A stretch of DNA of 64,000 bases from Candidatus Latescibacterota bacterium (GTDB lineage: Bacteria > Latescibacterota > UBA2968 > UBA8231). The position numbers were made by a program, and so were the translations under genes. The stretch spans positions 4,448,001-4,512,000 of the forward strand of contig OZ253462.1 of assembly GCA_965261395.1 (NCBI GenBank). The letters run 5' to 3'. Of the stretch, positions 18,057-28,873 are shown one piece after another (position 1 is the stretch's first letter; the number at the start of each line of letters is the position of its first letter). The notes below the pieces were generated by a model. The model searched no databases and was not told where the DNA came from. It worked only from the letters and a program-made list of their open reading frames with translations.

Positions 18057-21000
18057 TTAAGCACGCAGCGTCGTCAACAAGCGCTCGGCCCGCTGCTTGG
18101 CAGTAGCAGCCGACGCTTCTTTTACCTGCTCGTACCCGCGAATGCCGTCCGGCAATTCGGCGATTTCTACGGCCAGCCCATAGCTTTCTTCGGTTAGTGC
18201 CAGCAAAACCTCTTCGATCAACCCGCAGTACCACCCCACCAAGGCGCGTTCCAAGCGGCGCGCCTTGGTGTACCCGAACGGGTCCAGACGCGTTCCTCGC
18301 AACCCCTTCAGCCGACTCAGCAGCACCAGCGCCGGACGCAGGCCCTTGCCAAAGCCGATCTTGCCCTTGAGCAAACGCCGCAGCGTGGGCGGATGCAGTT
18401 GCCGGACGATTTCCACCTCCCCGTCGAACAGGGCGCGCATCCGCTCCTCGCTGCTGTTGCTCGTCGCCAACCGCGCGACCTCGTATTCGTCCTTGTACGC
18501 CATCAGCTTGTACAGACCCCGCACCACGGCCCGCGTGAGCTGCAAGCCGCGTGAAAAGCCTCGATCAACTTCCCACACTTGGCGCACAAACCCCAAGTAG
18601 CGCTGGGCATAGGCGACGTCCTGATACTCGCACAACTCGGCCAGCCGCACCCCCAGCTCCTTCTGCCCCTCCGCATTCAAATCCGCCAATGCAGCCAAAC
18701 CCTCGTCGAGCAGCGCCCCAGCAGCCGCGTCATGCGCCAACCGCTCCTTCACTTCGGCCAACGTTTGGGCCACGGACACTTGCTGCGTCCCCAACGCCCG
18801 CTCCACCCACGCCGGATCGGCCACCGCCAAGCGCCCCCAGCGGAAAGCCTGCACATTGTTTTCCACCGCTTGCCCGTTTAGGACAATGGCTTGCTCAATA
18901 GAGGCCGCTTCTAGGGGCAACACTCCGGCCTGATACGCGGCCCCCAACAGGAGCATGTTGGCGAAAATAGTATCCGAAAAGAGTCGCTCGGCCAGCCAGT
19001 AGGTATCGAGGTAGATGTTGTCCTTGCCCGTGCAGCGGTCGATTAGTGCGCGCAGGCGGGCCGCATCGGGAAAGGGCTGCGTGCGCGGGTTGCGATTCAT
19101 GGCTGCATTGGCGATTTCAGCGGTGCTGATGAGGGCGCGGGTCTGCTGGGACGCGGCGTATTTGAGGTTGTCCGGCTCGGCCGCCCGTAGCAGGTCAAAC
19201 CCCAAGTATAGATCGACTTCCCCAGGGAAGAGGCGGTTGAACACGGGCTGCTCGGCAGCGCTTATCACAATCGGCGCTTCGACCGGCCCACCCTTTTGCG
19301 CCAAGCCGGTGTTGTTGGACAAATACACGTATTTGCCCTCCATCATGGCCGCGTACGCAATGAGATGAGAAATCGTCACCACGCCCGTCCCGCCCCGCCC
19401 CATGGCGAAGATCGCGTACGGCCGCTCCAACGGGCACGCTGGCGGCTCTGGCAGCTCGTCCAAAGGCTCCGGACGGCGGCGGCGCAGGCGCGTGCCCTTG
19501 GCCGGCTTGACCACGGCAAAGGACGGGCATTCGCCGTCGATGCACAGCCCGTCTTGGGCGCACTGAGCCTGCCGCACCTGCGTCTTGTCGCCAAATTCGG
19601 TCGCCACGCTGTAGAGCGCGGCGCAGCCTTCGGACTGGGTATAACAGTCGCCGCAGCCCTCGCAAATGTCTTCGTCGATGAGCACGTATTCGTCGGGCGT
19701 CAAACCCTGGCGGCGGCGGCGACGACCCTTCTCAGTAGCGCATTCCTTGTCGAGGATGAGCACAGTCGTCCCGGCAATTTCCTTAAACTGCGCTAGAGCT
19801 TCGGCGTGGCGCTCCAAGCCGAACACTTCGATCCGCTCCCCGTCCAAGTGGCGATAGCGCGCCGGGTCCTCGCTGACGACCCCCACCTTCACGACCCCCA
19901 GCCCCAAAAGCTCCTGCACGACATCCGACACCGGCCGCTGCCCCCCAGGTGTCTGCCCGCCAGTGAGCGCGACCGCCCCGTTGAAAAGCAGCAGAAAGGT
20001 GATGTTCACCTCGCCTTGGACGCAGCTTTGGATCGCGCCGCGGCCGCTGTGGAAATAGCTGCCGTCGCCCAAGTATTGGTAGATGTGCTGGTTGCCGTTG
20101 AAGGGTGCCCAGCCGCTGTAAATGGACCCGCCAGCCCCCATCGTGGGGATGTAGAGGACGCCAGTGTCGTAGGCTTCAATCGCCCGGATGGAGGAGCAGC
20201 CAATGGCTCCCCCAGGCTTTTCGTGCAAGTCGCGGAAGGTGTTGTACGGACAGCCGCCGCAGGACATGGGCGTGACGCGGGGCACGGCCGGATAGGTGCG
20301 GTCGAGTACGTGCTGCAGCTCGGCGAGGCGCTCGGGAGCCGCCCCCAGCCGCGGGCCGAGCTTGAGCGCCAATTCCTCGGGATCGACTTCGCCGTGCGCT
20401 GGGATCAGCGGCTGCCCGTCCTCGTCCCACTGGCCGTACACGGCCTCTACATCCGCTCCCCACAGCGCGGCTTTGACGCCCTCTTCGACAAAAGGACCGG
20501 GTTCCTCGACCACGTAGATACGCCGCAGTCCACGGGCGAATGCGCGCACGATTTCGTAGTCGAGCGGGTAGCTTACCGCGAGATGCAACACCGGCACCCT
20601 CAGCCCCAAGTAGGAGAGGGCCTGCCGCACGTCCGCGTAGCTCTTGCCCACGGCCACAATGCCGACTCCACCGCCCGCGTCCGCATTCACTATGCGGTTG
20701 AGGTCGTTGGCGCGGACATAGGCTTCCACCAGCGGCCACTTTTCCTCCACCAGTTGCTGCTGCATGGGCAAGGCACCCGTAGCCATGACGATCTGGTTGA
20801 ATCGCTTGGCAAACGCACGCTCGGGCAAGGCGATGTCTGGCCGCACACCGGCCAAGTCAACCGTGCTCGCGCCATCGCATACCGGCGTCGCTAGCTTGAG
20901 GGCGGTTACCACGCCAGCGTGGCGCGACAGGGCGACCGCGTGCAGCCCCAAGCGAATGACGTCCTCGACGCTGGCCGGATAGAAGATCGGCACCATGCTG

Positions 21001-21470
21001 CTGCGCAATACCCAATCGCTGGCCCCGGGCGAGACCGAGCTTTTGGAGCGGTGATCTTCTCCCGACAGCAGCACCATCGCGCCGCGTGCGCCGGTGCCGC
21101 TGAGGTTGGCCAACCACACCTCGTCGGGAATCCACATCGTGCCGTGCGCCTTGCCATACCAGAAGGCATCCACGTCCCCACTCGCTGCAAACTGGCTGCC
21201 CAATACGGCGGAGGCCGCAGTTTTCTCGTTGATGCCGAACTGGTGCACCGTGCGCCCCAACTCGTTGAGCACGTCGAGCTGGGCGACCAGCTTCAGGTCC
21301 AGTCCCCCCAGCGGCGACCCCTCATAGCCGGTGAAATAGGTCTGGTTGACGTGGCCGCTGGCTTGATCGCGCTCCTGTTTCTCGCGCACCAGGCGCACAA
21401 TCGCCTCGATGCCCGTGAGAAAGACCCGGCCATCGCGCTGTAGAAATTTGTCCTGAATATCCAGTTTCAT
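18057..21470 (-). CDS. Indolepyruvate:ferredoxin oxidoreductase family protein (fused alpha/beta)
   Basis: GYEGSPLGGLD, CGGCP, GDGSYFHSG, CEGCGDC, GLAQKGG, AYKDEYEVARL. Confidence 0.93.
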   Translation of the reverse strand: MKLDIQDKFLQRDGRVFLTGIEAIVRLVREKQERDQASGHVNQTYFTGYEGSPLGGLDLKLVAQLDVLNELGRTVHQFGINEKTAASAVLGSQFAASGDVDAFWYGKAHGTMWIPDEVWLANLSGTGARGAMVLLSGEDHRSKSSVSPGASDWVLRSSMVPIFYPASVEDVIRLGLHAVALSRHAGVVTALKLATPVCDGASTVDLAGVRPDIALPERAFAKRFNQIVMATGALPMQQQLVEEKWPLVEAYVRANDLNRIVNADAGGGVGIVAVGKSYADVRQALSYLGLRVPVLHLAVSYPLDYEIVRAFARGLRRIYVVEEPGPFVEEGVKAALWGADVEAVYGQWDEDGQPLIPAHGEVDPEELALKLGPRLGAAPERLAELQHVLDRTYPAVPRVTPMSCGGCPYNTFRDLHEKPGGAIGCSSIRAIEAYDTGVLYIPTMGAGGSIYSGWAPFNGNQHIYQYLGDGSYFHSGRGAIQSCVQGEVNITFLLLFNGAVALTGGQTPGGQRPVSDVVQELLGLGVVKVGVVSEDPARYRHLDGERIEVFGLERHAEALAQFKEIAGTTVLILDKECATEKGRRRRRQGLTPDEYVLIDEDICEGCGDCYTQSEGCAALYSVATEFGDKTQVRQAQCAQDGLCIDGECPSFAVVKPAKGTRLRRRRPEPLDELPEPPACPLERPYAIFAMGRGGTGVVTISHLIAYAAMMEGKYVYLSNNTGLAQKGGPVEAPIVISAAEQPVFNRLFPGEVDLYLGFDLLRAAEPDNLKYAASQQTRALISTAEIANAAMNRNPRTQPFPDAARLRALIDRCTGKDNIYLDTYWLAERLFSDTIFANMLLLGAAYQAGVLPLEAASIEQAIVLNGQAVENNVQAFRWGRLAVADPAWVERALGTQQVSVAQTLAEVKERLAHDAAAGALLDEGLAALADLNAEGQKELGVRLAELCEYQDVAYAQRYLGFVRQVWEVDRGFSRGLQLTRAVVRGLYKLMAYKDEYEVARLATSNSSEERMRALFDGEVEIVRQLHPPTLRRLLKGKIGFGKGLRPALVLLSRLKGLRGTRLDPFGYTKARRLERALVGWYCGLIEEVLLALTEESYGLAVEIAELPDGIRGYEQVKEASAATAKQRAERLLTTLRA

Positions 21471-21589
21471 AAGAGGCTCTCAAGCTACGCCCTCCCGTAG
21501 CTCTTGTCCGTTATGCTATATTCTGTATATAATAGACAATAGTGCCGCAGACGCACGCCAACCTTTAATCCACAACGTAGAGTTTAACC

Positions 21590-21877
21590 ATGGCCGAAAC
21601 GATTGACGAACTCACCATCCACTACGAGGAAGACGGCAGGGTCTTGCGCAAAGAAGTGGCTAGGGAAGTGCTGAGCAAGGGGGCTTGGGCGACGATCATG
21701 TACCTCTACCAAGACCTCGACCGCAAAACCGGCGAGTACGGCCCGCAAAAAATATCCATTCGCCGCTACCAAAAGCGCGACGGTACCTTTCAGCAGCGCA
21801 GTAAGTTCGATGTATCAAGCCTTGCCCAAGCGCACGCGATCTGCAGCAAGATAGAGGACTGGTTCCCCCCAGAATAG
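21590..21877 (+). CDS. Small hypothetical protein
   Basis: Natural-looking 95-aa protein on the only free strand, preceded by AT-rich promoter-like sequence. Confidence 0.7.
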   Translation: MAETIDELTIHYEEDGRVLRKEVAREVLSKGAWATIMYLYQDLDRKTGEYGPQKISIRRYQKRDGTFQQRSKFDVSSLAQAHAICSKIEDWFPPE

Positions 21878-21886
21878 ACGCGCCGC

Positions 21887-23032
21887 TCACCCTGCGGTGC
21901 TAGCGACCTTCACCGGCACGCTATGCCAGCCCGTGCGGCCATCGTACAAATCGGCTCCGGCATCGGTCCTCGGCTGCGTGTCCCCTGCACTATCCGTTGC
22001 CCGCGCAACGATCTCGTACTCGCCCGACGCGGGCAATTTCCATTCGTAGGCCCACCTGACCCAAATGTTGGGCAAGCGCTGCGTGGTAATCTGTGCCTCA
22101 GCCCAAGACCGCCCGCCATTGGTGCTGACCTCAACCGATTCGATCGTGCGCTCGCCGGCCATGGCGATCCCGTGGATGACAAACGGGCGGCCTTCGGCCC
22201 CGCGCAGGGTCTGCAGCACCCTTGTAACGCCGCCATTGGCCGGGTCTTTCACATCGTCCCACACCGAGAGGGGCGCGTCAAGCCGCGAGTTCACGGTCGC
22301 CACGGCCTCGTCCGACCACTTGAAGGGCTTGTTCTCGGGCTTGCTTTCCCAGTAGCCGAGATGGACCTCGTCGATCAGCTCGATGCGGGTAATCCACTTG
22401 GGCATCTTCTGGCCGTAGTGCCCGGGGTTTATCAAGCGCAGGGGAAACCCGTGCTTAGACGGCAGCGGCTCGCCGTTCATTTCCCAAGCGAGAATCACCT
22501 CGTCGCGGAGCGCGCGCTCCAGGGGAATCGACGTGGTATAGCCATCGACACTGTAAAACTTGACCCGAATCGCCTCGCTCTTGATCCCAGCTAGGCCGAG
22601 CACCTCGGACAGCGGCGTGCCGCCCCACTCGGCATTGCCCACCAACGGGCCGCCGATCCAGTTGCCAATGCACTGCATGGTCAAGACCTGCCGATTCATG
22701 GGCAGCGCGGTAATATCTTCGTACGTCCAGCCCCTGTTGGGCTGATCCACCAACCCATTCACCGCCAAGCGCCAACTATCGGCCACGAGATTCGGGTCGT
22801 AATTTTTCCCGTTAATCGACTGGAGATAGTGCCGTGCATTGGAAGTAATCGGCGGCAGCGGTAGCGCCCCTTCCTCGGACATCTCCTCCATATCCATAAT
22901 GTCCATGTCCGGCCCGGTGGGCATGCTTTTAAAGCGCACCTCGTTGCCGTCGCAACCCCATGTGGGGAGAATCGCGGTGGCGATAACAGCCCCACCCGAC
23001 TTGAGAAACTGACGCCTAGTTGATCTGTTCAT
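21887..23032 (-). CDS. Tat-exported sulfite-oxidase-family molybdoenzyme
   Basis: STRRQFLK Tat motif, TMQCIGN Mo-ligand Cys, MNGEPLPSKHGFPLRL, dimerisation domain (VEVSTNGGRSW, ARATD). Confidence 0.9.
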   Translation of the reverse strand: MNRSTRRQFLKSGGAVIATAILPTWGCDGNEVRFKSMPTGPDMDIMDMEEMSEEGALPLPPITSNARHYLQSINGKNYDPNLVADSWRLAVNGLVDQPNRGWTYEDITALPMNRQVLTMQCIGNWIGGPLVGNAEWGGTPLSEVLGLAGIKSEAIRVKFYSVDGYTTSIPLERALRDEVILAWEMNGEPLPSKHGFPLRLINPGHYGQKMPKWITRIELIDEVHLGYWESKPENKPFKWSDEAVATVNSRLDAPLSVWDDVKDPANGGVTRVLQTLRGAEGRPFVIHGIAMAGERTIESVEVSTNGGRSWAEAQITTQRLPNIWVRWAYEWKLPASGEYEIVARATDSAGDTQPRTDAGADLYDGRTGWHSVPVKVASTAG

Positions 23033-23042
23033 GACAACTCCT

Positions 23043-23858
23043 TTAGCGAATGAGGGCTAACCCCACGCCCAACGACGACCCAGCCCCGATGTTCTCGCCC
23101 TTAAAGACCGCCTTCCACAACAAGTCGATCCACAGCGGGCCAGCCACCTGCACGGCCGCGTTACAACCCACTTCGACAAAATCTCCCTCCGAAACCTGCA
23201 CTACTCCGACCAGCCCACCCTCCGAGTCCGCTGCGAGCGTGTACACACTGGCGACAAAGCCCTTGGCGAACAGCCACGGAAGCGGCGTGGCCCCCAGCTC
23301 GACAAAATAGGACACCTGATTGGAAAACGGGCCGCCGCGCCGCTTGTACCCCACCTCACCACCCGCGTAGAACGGTAGCGGGTAGAGCGACAGCCCCGCC
23401 AATAGCCGCGCGCCCTGTTCGGAATAACCGGTGCCAAGGGCCGGATCGTACTCGCGGTCGTACCCACTAGGAAACGCGACATCGATCTGCGGCGACAGCA
23501 CCAGCCTACCCTCGGTGAGTTGGTACTTCGCGCCCAGATGCACATCGCCCAGCCCCCAAGTGATGCGCTCGACAAAGCTATCTTCAGACACCAGCCTCCC
23601 CGCGCCGACCTGCCCGGTCAGCGTCAGCCGCTCGCGCAACCCGTACTCGCCGTATGCGAGAACCTGGCGAGCGCGGAATTGGTTGTCGTCCATGCCCATG
23701 GAGGCGCGTTTGCCCATATCGTTGAAAACCTCGGCGGTCGAGTAGTGGATCCCCGAGAGCTTGGCGTAGTAGCCTCCGCTGGGCTGGCTCCAAGCCCCAG
23801 CCCAGCCCTCGCCGGCCCAACACAGGGCCAACAACAGGCCCATTGCTAACCAACGCAT
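23043..23858 (-). CDS. Putative outer-membrane beta-barrel protein
   Basis: Signal peptide AWA-GAW, YGEYGL, GLGDVHLGAKY, alternating amphipathic strands. Confidence 0.7.
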   Translation of the reverse strand: MRWLAMGLLLALCWAGEGWAGAWSQPSGGYYAKLSGIHYSTAEVFNDMGKRASMGMDDNQFRARQVLAYGEYGLRERLTLTGQVGAGRLVSEDSFVERITWGLGDVHLGAKYQLTEGRLVLSPQIDVAFPSGYDREYDPALGTGYSEQGARLLAGLSLYPLPFYAGGEVGYKRRGGPFSNQVSYFVELGATPLPWLFAKGFVASVYTLAADSEGGLVGVVQVSEGDFVEVGCNAAVQVAGPLWIDLLWKAVFKGENIGAGSSLGVGLALIR

Positions 23859-25006
23859 TTCCCGACCCCTTTCTGCGGTACAATCCGCTCGTAGAGTGCT
23901 AACAGTTTCTCGGCCTCGGCTTCCCAGTTAAAATGCTCTTCAGCAGCTCGCCGCGCCTGTTCCCCCTTGGCCTGTGCTCCCACCGGGTCGTCGAGCAAGC
24001 ACCCGATGGCGCGCGCGTGAGCGACCGGGTCGCTCGGGTCCGCGAGCAAGCCCCAATCCGCGACCGCGTGAAACCTGCGAATGGAAGGTAAATCACTGGC
24101 GACTACGGGCAAGCCGCAGGCGAGGTATTCAAAGAGCTTGGTCGGCACAAAGGAGGCCAAATTCTTGGGCGAGATCTGCCCCGGAATCAAGCCGATCTGA
24201 CATGCGGCAATCGCCGCCCCTAATTCGTCGTACGGCACGCGCTTTTCACTGTAGTGGATCTGCTCTTCCAGCCCCCATTCGCGCCGGCGGGCCTCAAACC
24301 GCTCCCGCAGTTCCTGCGAGTGAAATGCCCCGACGCTCAAGAGGTGGGCCTGCGGATGGGTCTTGGCCAGTTCGCGCATGATTTCGAGCAAGAACAGCCC
24401 GCCCCGGTCTTCGGATAGCGAGCCAATGTGAACTAGTGCGCAAGGCCCTAACTTGCCGCGGCTAGGAGAAAACCACTCCAAGCGCGGGTAGTTCTTCACT
24501 ACCGCAAAGGGGCGGCTGGCAAAGCGCTCGCCCTGCTCCTCGACCACCCCGACCACAGCCGTGACAAAAAAGCGGGCGAGTAAGCGCTCCCCCCAATCGA
24601 CCAATCGCGAGAGGGGCCGCCGCAGCCGCTCGGGTACCCATGGCCGCACCATGGCTACCAGTGGGAAGTGCTCGTGGACGTCGTAGATGACCCGGCGGCC
24701 GCAGAGCCTGAGCACCGCACCCACCGGCAACAGCTCGGGGTCGTGGAAGTGGAAGCAAGCAGCGTCCGCATCCAGCCCGACCCGCAGCAAGCGCCACAGG
24801 TTCAAAAGCCGCTGGCCAACCCCTCGCGCCACCGGCACGGTTTGCACGCGCACCCCCGCCCGCTTTCCACACCACGCCTCCGGCCCTGGCCCCACCACCG
24901 TCACCGCGTATCCAGCCCGCGCCAAGGTCTGCGCTTGTTTGTAGAAAATCCGCGCGTCAAATGGGCTGTGGACATTCGTCAGGTGGTACACCTCAGGCGC
25001 AGCCAA
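23846..25006 (-). CDS. Glycosyltransferase family 4
   Basis: VHSPFDARIFYK, HFHDPELL, YDVHE, PTKLFEYLACGLPVV; TTG start after GGAGG. Confidence 0.9.
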   Translation of the reverse strand: MAAPEVYHLTNVHSPFDARIFYKQAQTLARAGYAVTVVGPGPEAWCGKRAGVRVQTVPVARGVGQRLLNLWRLLRVGLDADAACFHFHDPELLPVGAVLRLCGRRVIYDVHEHFPLVAMVRPWVPERLRRPLSRLVDWGERLLARFFVTAVVGVVEEQGERFASRPFAVVKNYPRLEWFSPSRGKLGPCALVHIGSLSEDRGGLFLLEIMRELAKTHPQAHLLSVGAFHSQELRERFEARRREWGLEEQIHYSEKRVPYDELGAAIAACQIGLIPGQISPKNLASFVPTKLFEYLACGLPVVASDLPSIRRFHAVADWGLLADPSDPVAHARAIGCLLDDPVGAQAKGEQARRAAEEHFNWEAEAEKLLALYERIVPQKGVGKCVG

Positions 25007-25688
25007 GAAGCACCTCCCTGCTTTGCGGGCCACAATTAAAAAGCAAATCCAACACCGACATCTCGGCGACAAAACCCTCGTGACACTGGGGGTACACCGG
25101 GTGTTCAAACTCGGTAAAGCGGCACTCAATACCGGCTGCGGCAAACGCCTCCTCGTCCAAATACGCCTTCGAGGCCCCGCCCCCCGACAAGTACACCTGA
25201 CAGTCGCACGACTTGGTCATATCCACCAAGCGCAAGGTCCGTTCGCTCCGCAGGTCCATCTGCGAACTGAAGATAACTTCGACTTCCAAGTCCAAGAGCT
25301 GCAAAAGATGGCGCAGTAGGGCCACGTTTAAGTCGATCAACTGGGTCCATGCACCCGCGTATAAGTCCTCTATGGCTGGGGCGTACGCGTCAAAAAAGGG
25401 CGCGTGGCTGTAGTGCCAGCGCAGGGATTGGCAGTGCTTGCGTCGCCAATCGCCGTCGGGCGGGATCTGGACATCGCATATCCGCTGCTGGCCCCGGCCC
25501 CGCGTCAGCACCGGCACGGTCAACCATTGCCAGCCAGCGGACGTGCGGATGCGGTTGCGGTTAGTCAGGCTGCCACGGCTGTATTGCACGTCGTCGGCCA
25601 AGACCCACACATCGGCCTGTCCCACCTTGTGAAACAAGCCCAGCCAAGGCAGAAAGTTGGGCTGGTGCGCCGCCAACACTCGGCTCAT
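24993..25688 (-). CDS. WbqC family protein
   Basis: HQPNFLPWLG, NRNRI, WLTVPV, YLSG, SVLDLLFN. Confidence 0.92.
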   Translation of the reverse strand: MSRVLAAHQPNFLPWLGLFHKVGQADVWVLADDVQYSRGSLTNRNRIRTSAGWQWLTVPVLTRGRGQQRICDVQIPPDGDWRRKHCQSLRWHYSHAPFFDAYAPAIEDLYAGAWTQLIDLNVALLRHLLQLLDLEVEVIFSSQMDLRSERTLRLVDMTKSCDCQVYLSGGGASKAYLDEEAFAAAGIECRFTEFEHPVYPQCHEGFVAEMSVLDLLFNCGPQSREVLLGCA

Positions 25689-26320
25689 CAGCGCACCCAC
25701 CTGAGCACGTCAAACGCCTCGGCGTACTCCACCATAATCTGCCCACCCCTGGTCCGCGCCCAGCTCCAGATAAAATCCTCTTGGGTGTACGGACGATGCT
25801 GCTGCGACTGGTAGCAGCGCAGCGCGGCGACCTTGGTCTGCACGTGTGCGCGGGTGAGCACGCAGAAGTGCCGATAGTCAAAGCTCAAGTTGTTCCACGG
25901 CAGCTCGTAGCCGAGCACGGTGACCGTCTTGAAGGCGCGCAGGCCCTCAAGGTGAATGGTCTGGTGGTCTTGGTGCAGATCTTGGGCACTGGGCAAGAAC
26001 ACGGTTGCTGGGTCAATTTCCCTTTTCATTCTCACCAACTCTTCGAGGATTTCTTGGCGCATGTCGGGCAGGTGGCGCACTCTGTACTTATAGACCAGCA
26101 GGTTCGCCGCGGGGATCCCCAGCACCTTCGTCCCCTCCCGCACCTCCTTTTCCAGAATGTCGGGCGGAAAGGGCGGCGGCACCGACTCGGCCGCCGTGGA
26201 AAAGGCCGCGTAGTACACCTCGCGGCCCTCTTCCACCATGCGGCTGATCGTCCCACCACAGCCGAGCTCGCCATCGTCCGTGTGCGGTGCGAGCACCAAG
26301 ACTCGGTCATTTATGGGCAC
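25688..26320 (-). CDS. PIG-L/LmbE family N-deacetylase
   Basis: APHTDDGELGCGG, DLHQDH. Confidence 0.92.
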   Translation of the reverse strand: MPINDRVLVLAPHTDDGELGCGGTISRMVEEGREVYYAAFSTAAESVPPPFPPDILEKEVREGTKVLGIPAANLLVYKYRVRHLPDMRQEILEELVRMKREIDPATVFLPSAQDLHQDHQTIHLEGLRAFKTVTVLGYELPWNNLSFDYRHFCVLTRAHVQTKVAALRCYQSQQHRPYTQEDFIWSWARTRGGQIMVEYAEAFDVLRWVR

Positions 26321-27464
26321 AGGTATCTCCTTCTGCCTCGGCCAATACTTCTGCCAAGCCGCAGCACACCCTTTCCACGGCCTCGTCGCTCAAGCCCGGG
26401 AACATTGGCAGGGTCACTATCTGTGCTAGCACGGCCTCGGCAACGGGAAAATCCCCGGGGCCATAGCCCAGCTCCCGCTGGTAAAACGGCGTCAGGTGGC
26501 ACGGCGGCCAGTACACACTGCCCGCTTCAACCCCCCAGCGTTCGCGCAATTCGGCGATCACCTCCTCACGTCTTTTTCCGGCGGGCAAGCGCACGGGAAA
26601 CTTGTAGTACGCGTGTACGCGGCCCGCGAATTCCGGCAAGAGCACATCGCCGCACCCCAAGCGTGCGAGCGTGCGCCGGTAGCGGGTGGCGAGGCAGTTG
26701 CGCGCGGTGGTGTGCTCGGCCAGCCGGGCCAATTGCCGCAAGCCGAGCGCCGCGCTCAGTTCGGGCAAGCGGTAGTTGTGGCCCAAGCGCTCCAACAAGC
26801 GGCCCTTTGCGCTCACCCCGTGCGTGCGGAAGCTCCGCGCAAAGTCGGCCAAATCGCGGTCGTTGGTGCTCAACATGCCCCCCTCGCCCGTCGTCAGCGG
26901 CTTGGTCGGAAAAAAGGAAAAGCCCGCGGCATCGCCCAAACTCCCGGCGGGCTGGCCGGCGGCGCTAGCACCGTGGGCGTGGGCCGCGTCTTCGAGCAGC
27001 AACAGCCCGCGCGCGCGGCAAAACGAGCGAATGGCCTCGAAGTCGGGCGCAATTAAACCGGCGATGTGGACCACGACTACGGCCCGCGTCTTTTCCCCAA
27101 CTTGGGCCTCGATCTGCGGCAGGCCGCTCGACAGAGTCTGCGGGTCAATGTCGCAGAGGACGGGCCGTCCTCCGGCCAGCAGCGCGGCGTTGGACGAAGC
27201 AATAAACGTATTCGTCGGCACCACCACCTCCCACCCTTCGACCCCCCAATGGCGCAAGGCCACCTCCAGCGGCGCGGTCCCCGAGTTCATGCCCACGGCG
27301 TATTCCGTGCCTACACACGCGGTAAACTCCTGCTCAAATCGCTCCAAGTAAGGCCCCATAGTCAGGCGTCCACTGCGGAGGATCTGGGCAAAATCCTCGA
27401 GCAGCGCGGCCACGTCCTCCTCGGGGATACAGGGCCTTGCCTGGGGCACTTTAGTAGGCGGCAC
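26307..27464 (-). CDS. DegT/DnrJ/EryC1/StrS aminotransferase
   Basis: [33 protein letters not shown]. Confidence 0.93.
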   Translation of the reverse strand: MPPTKVPQARPCIPEEDVAALLEDFAQILRSGRLTMGPYLERFEQEFTACVGTEYAVGMNSGTAPLEVALRHWGVEGWEVVVPTNTFIASSNAALLAGGRPVLCDIDPQTLSSGLPQIEAQVGEKTRAVVVVHIAGLIAPDFEAIRSFCRARGLLLLEDAAHAHGASAAGQPAGSLGDAAGFSFFPTKPLTTGEGGMLSTNDRDLADFARSFRTHGVSAKGRLLERLGHNYRLPELSAALGLRQLARLAEHTTARNCLATRYRRTLARLGCGDVLLPEFAGRVHAYYKFPVRLPAGKRREEVIAELRERWGVEAGSVYWPPCHLTPFYQRELGYGPGDFPVAEAVLAQIVTLPMFPGLSDEAVERVCCGLAEVLAEAEGDTCAHK

Positions 27465-27650
27465 GGTCGCGCATGTCTCCTTGCGCCAGCGACGGGTCTA
27501 GCGCGCGCGCTACACGCGCTACAAAACCACCGGCTCCTAGCACCAATATCTTCACCGCAGAAGCTCCTCAGTCAATTGTGAATGCACTGCAACATAACAC
27601 AAATACACAAGCGCGTTTCCAGCAAGAGAGACGCGCTACGCCTTCTTCCT

Positions 27651-27678
27651 TTGACAAACAGGACCCCGCGTTTAATTT
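27651..27678 (+). promoter_or_regulatory. sigma70-like promoter of ispG
   Basis: TTGACA, 16 bp spacer, TAATTT ending 7 nt before the ATG. Confidence 0.5.
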
Positions 27679-27685
27679 TTGGGAC

Positions 27686-28822
27686 ATGAATCCAACGACG
27701 AGAAATCCCACCCGCGAGGTGCAAATCGGCCGCACGACCATCGGCGGAGACTACCCTATTGCCGTGCAAAGTATGGCCGCTACCCGCACCCAAGACATAG
27801 AGGCCACCACCCGCCAACTCCGGCTCTTAGCCGAGGCCGGGGCGGACGTCATCCGCGTTGCCGTAGATAGCAAAAAAGACGTGGAGGCCCTCGCCCAAAT
27901 CGCGCCGACTGTTGACGTGCCTCTGTCCGTGGATTTGCAGGAAAACTACCGGCTGGCCAGCCGCGTCGCGCCGCACGTGCAGAAAATTCGCTACAACCCC
28001 GGCCACCTCTATCACCACGAGCGAGACAAGCCGGTCGCCGACAAGGTTGCCTTTATTGCCGACGAGGCCGCCAAGCACGATTGCGCCCTGCGCGTGGGGG
28101 TCAACTGCGGCTCGGTCGATCCGGCTCAAGCCGAGCGCTTTCCGGCCGAGGACTCCATCTCGCCCATGATCGCCTCGGCCTTAGAGCACTGCGAGCTGCT
28201 CGACGACTTAGACTTTACGCGCTACTGCGTCTCGCTCAAGGACTCCGATCCGGCCAAGGTTATTGCCGCCAACACCCGCTTTGCCCAAGAGCGGCCCGAT
28301 GTGCCCTTGCACCTCGGCGTCACCGAAGCCGGGATGCCTCCCGAAGGCGTAATCAAGACCCGCATTGCCTTTGAACAGCTCATCAGCGCCGGCATCGGCG
28401 ACACCATTCGCGTCTCGCTGACCTTGCCTTTTGACGACAAGGGCGAGGAGATCAAAGTCGGGCGGCAGATCCTCGACGATATTGACTCAGGGCGCTTCCG
28501 CTCGGTCCCCAAGTTGCTCCCAGCCGGGCTGAACATCATCTCCTGCCCCTCCTGCTCGCGGGTGGAAAACGAAGCCTTCATCGACCTAGCCCACCAAGTG
28601 CGCGAGCTAACCGAGTACGCCCGCGATCACCAGATCACCATCGCCATCATGGGCTGCCGGGTCAACGGCCCGGGCGAGACTGACGACGCCGACTTGGGGC
28701 TGTGGTGCGCCCCCAACTTCGTCAACCTCAAGCGCAAAACCCAGCTCATAGGCCAGTTCCCGTACGACGAGGTCCTCGACGTGCTCAAAGAGCAAGTCGA
28801 CGAGTTGGTTGCCACCGGCTAA
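27686..28822 (+). CDS. ispG: 4-hydroxy-3-methylbut-2-enyl diphosphate synthase
   Basis: [52 protein letters not shown]. Confidence 0.95.
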   Translation: MNPTTRNPTREVQIGRTTIGGDYPIAVQSMAATRTQDIEATTRQLRLLAEAGADVIRVAVDSKKDVEALAQIAPTVDVPLSVDLQENYRLASRVAPHVQKIRYNPGHLYHHERDKPVADKVAFIADEAAKHDCALRVGVNCGSVDPAQAERFPAEDSISPMIASALEHCELLDDLDFTRYCVSLKDSDPAKVIAANTRFAQERPDVPLHLGVTEAGMPPEGVIKTRIAFEQLISAGIGDTIRVSLTLPFDDKGEEIKVGRQILDDIDSGRFRSVPKLLPAGLNIISCPSCSRVENEAFIDLAHQVRELTEYARDHQITIAIMGCRVNGPGETDDADLGLWCAPNFVNLKRKTQLIGQFPYDEVLDVLKEQVDELVATG

Positions 28823-28873
28823 ATCCTTTCATCGCGCTAGCAGCTCGTGGTAGGTGGCTGACGGGGCTGAGGT

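Noticed and set aside
19806-20894. 362-aa plus-strand ORF
   Set aside because: Antisense to the IOR gene, no motifs; expected in high-GC DNA
25781-26968. 395-aa plus-strand ORF
   Set aside because: Antisense to PIG-L and DegT, low-complexity Arg/Pro/Ser composition
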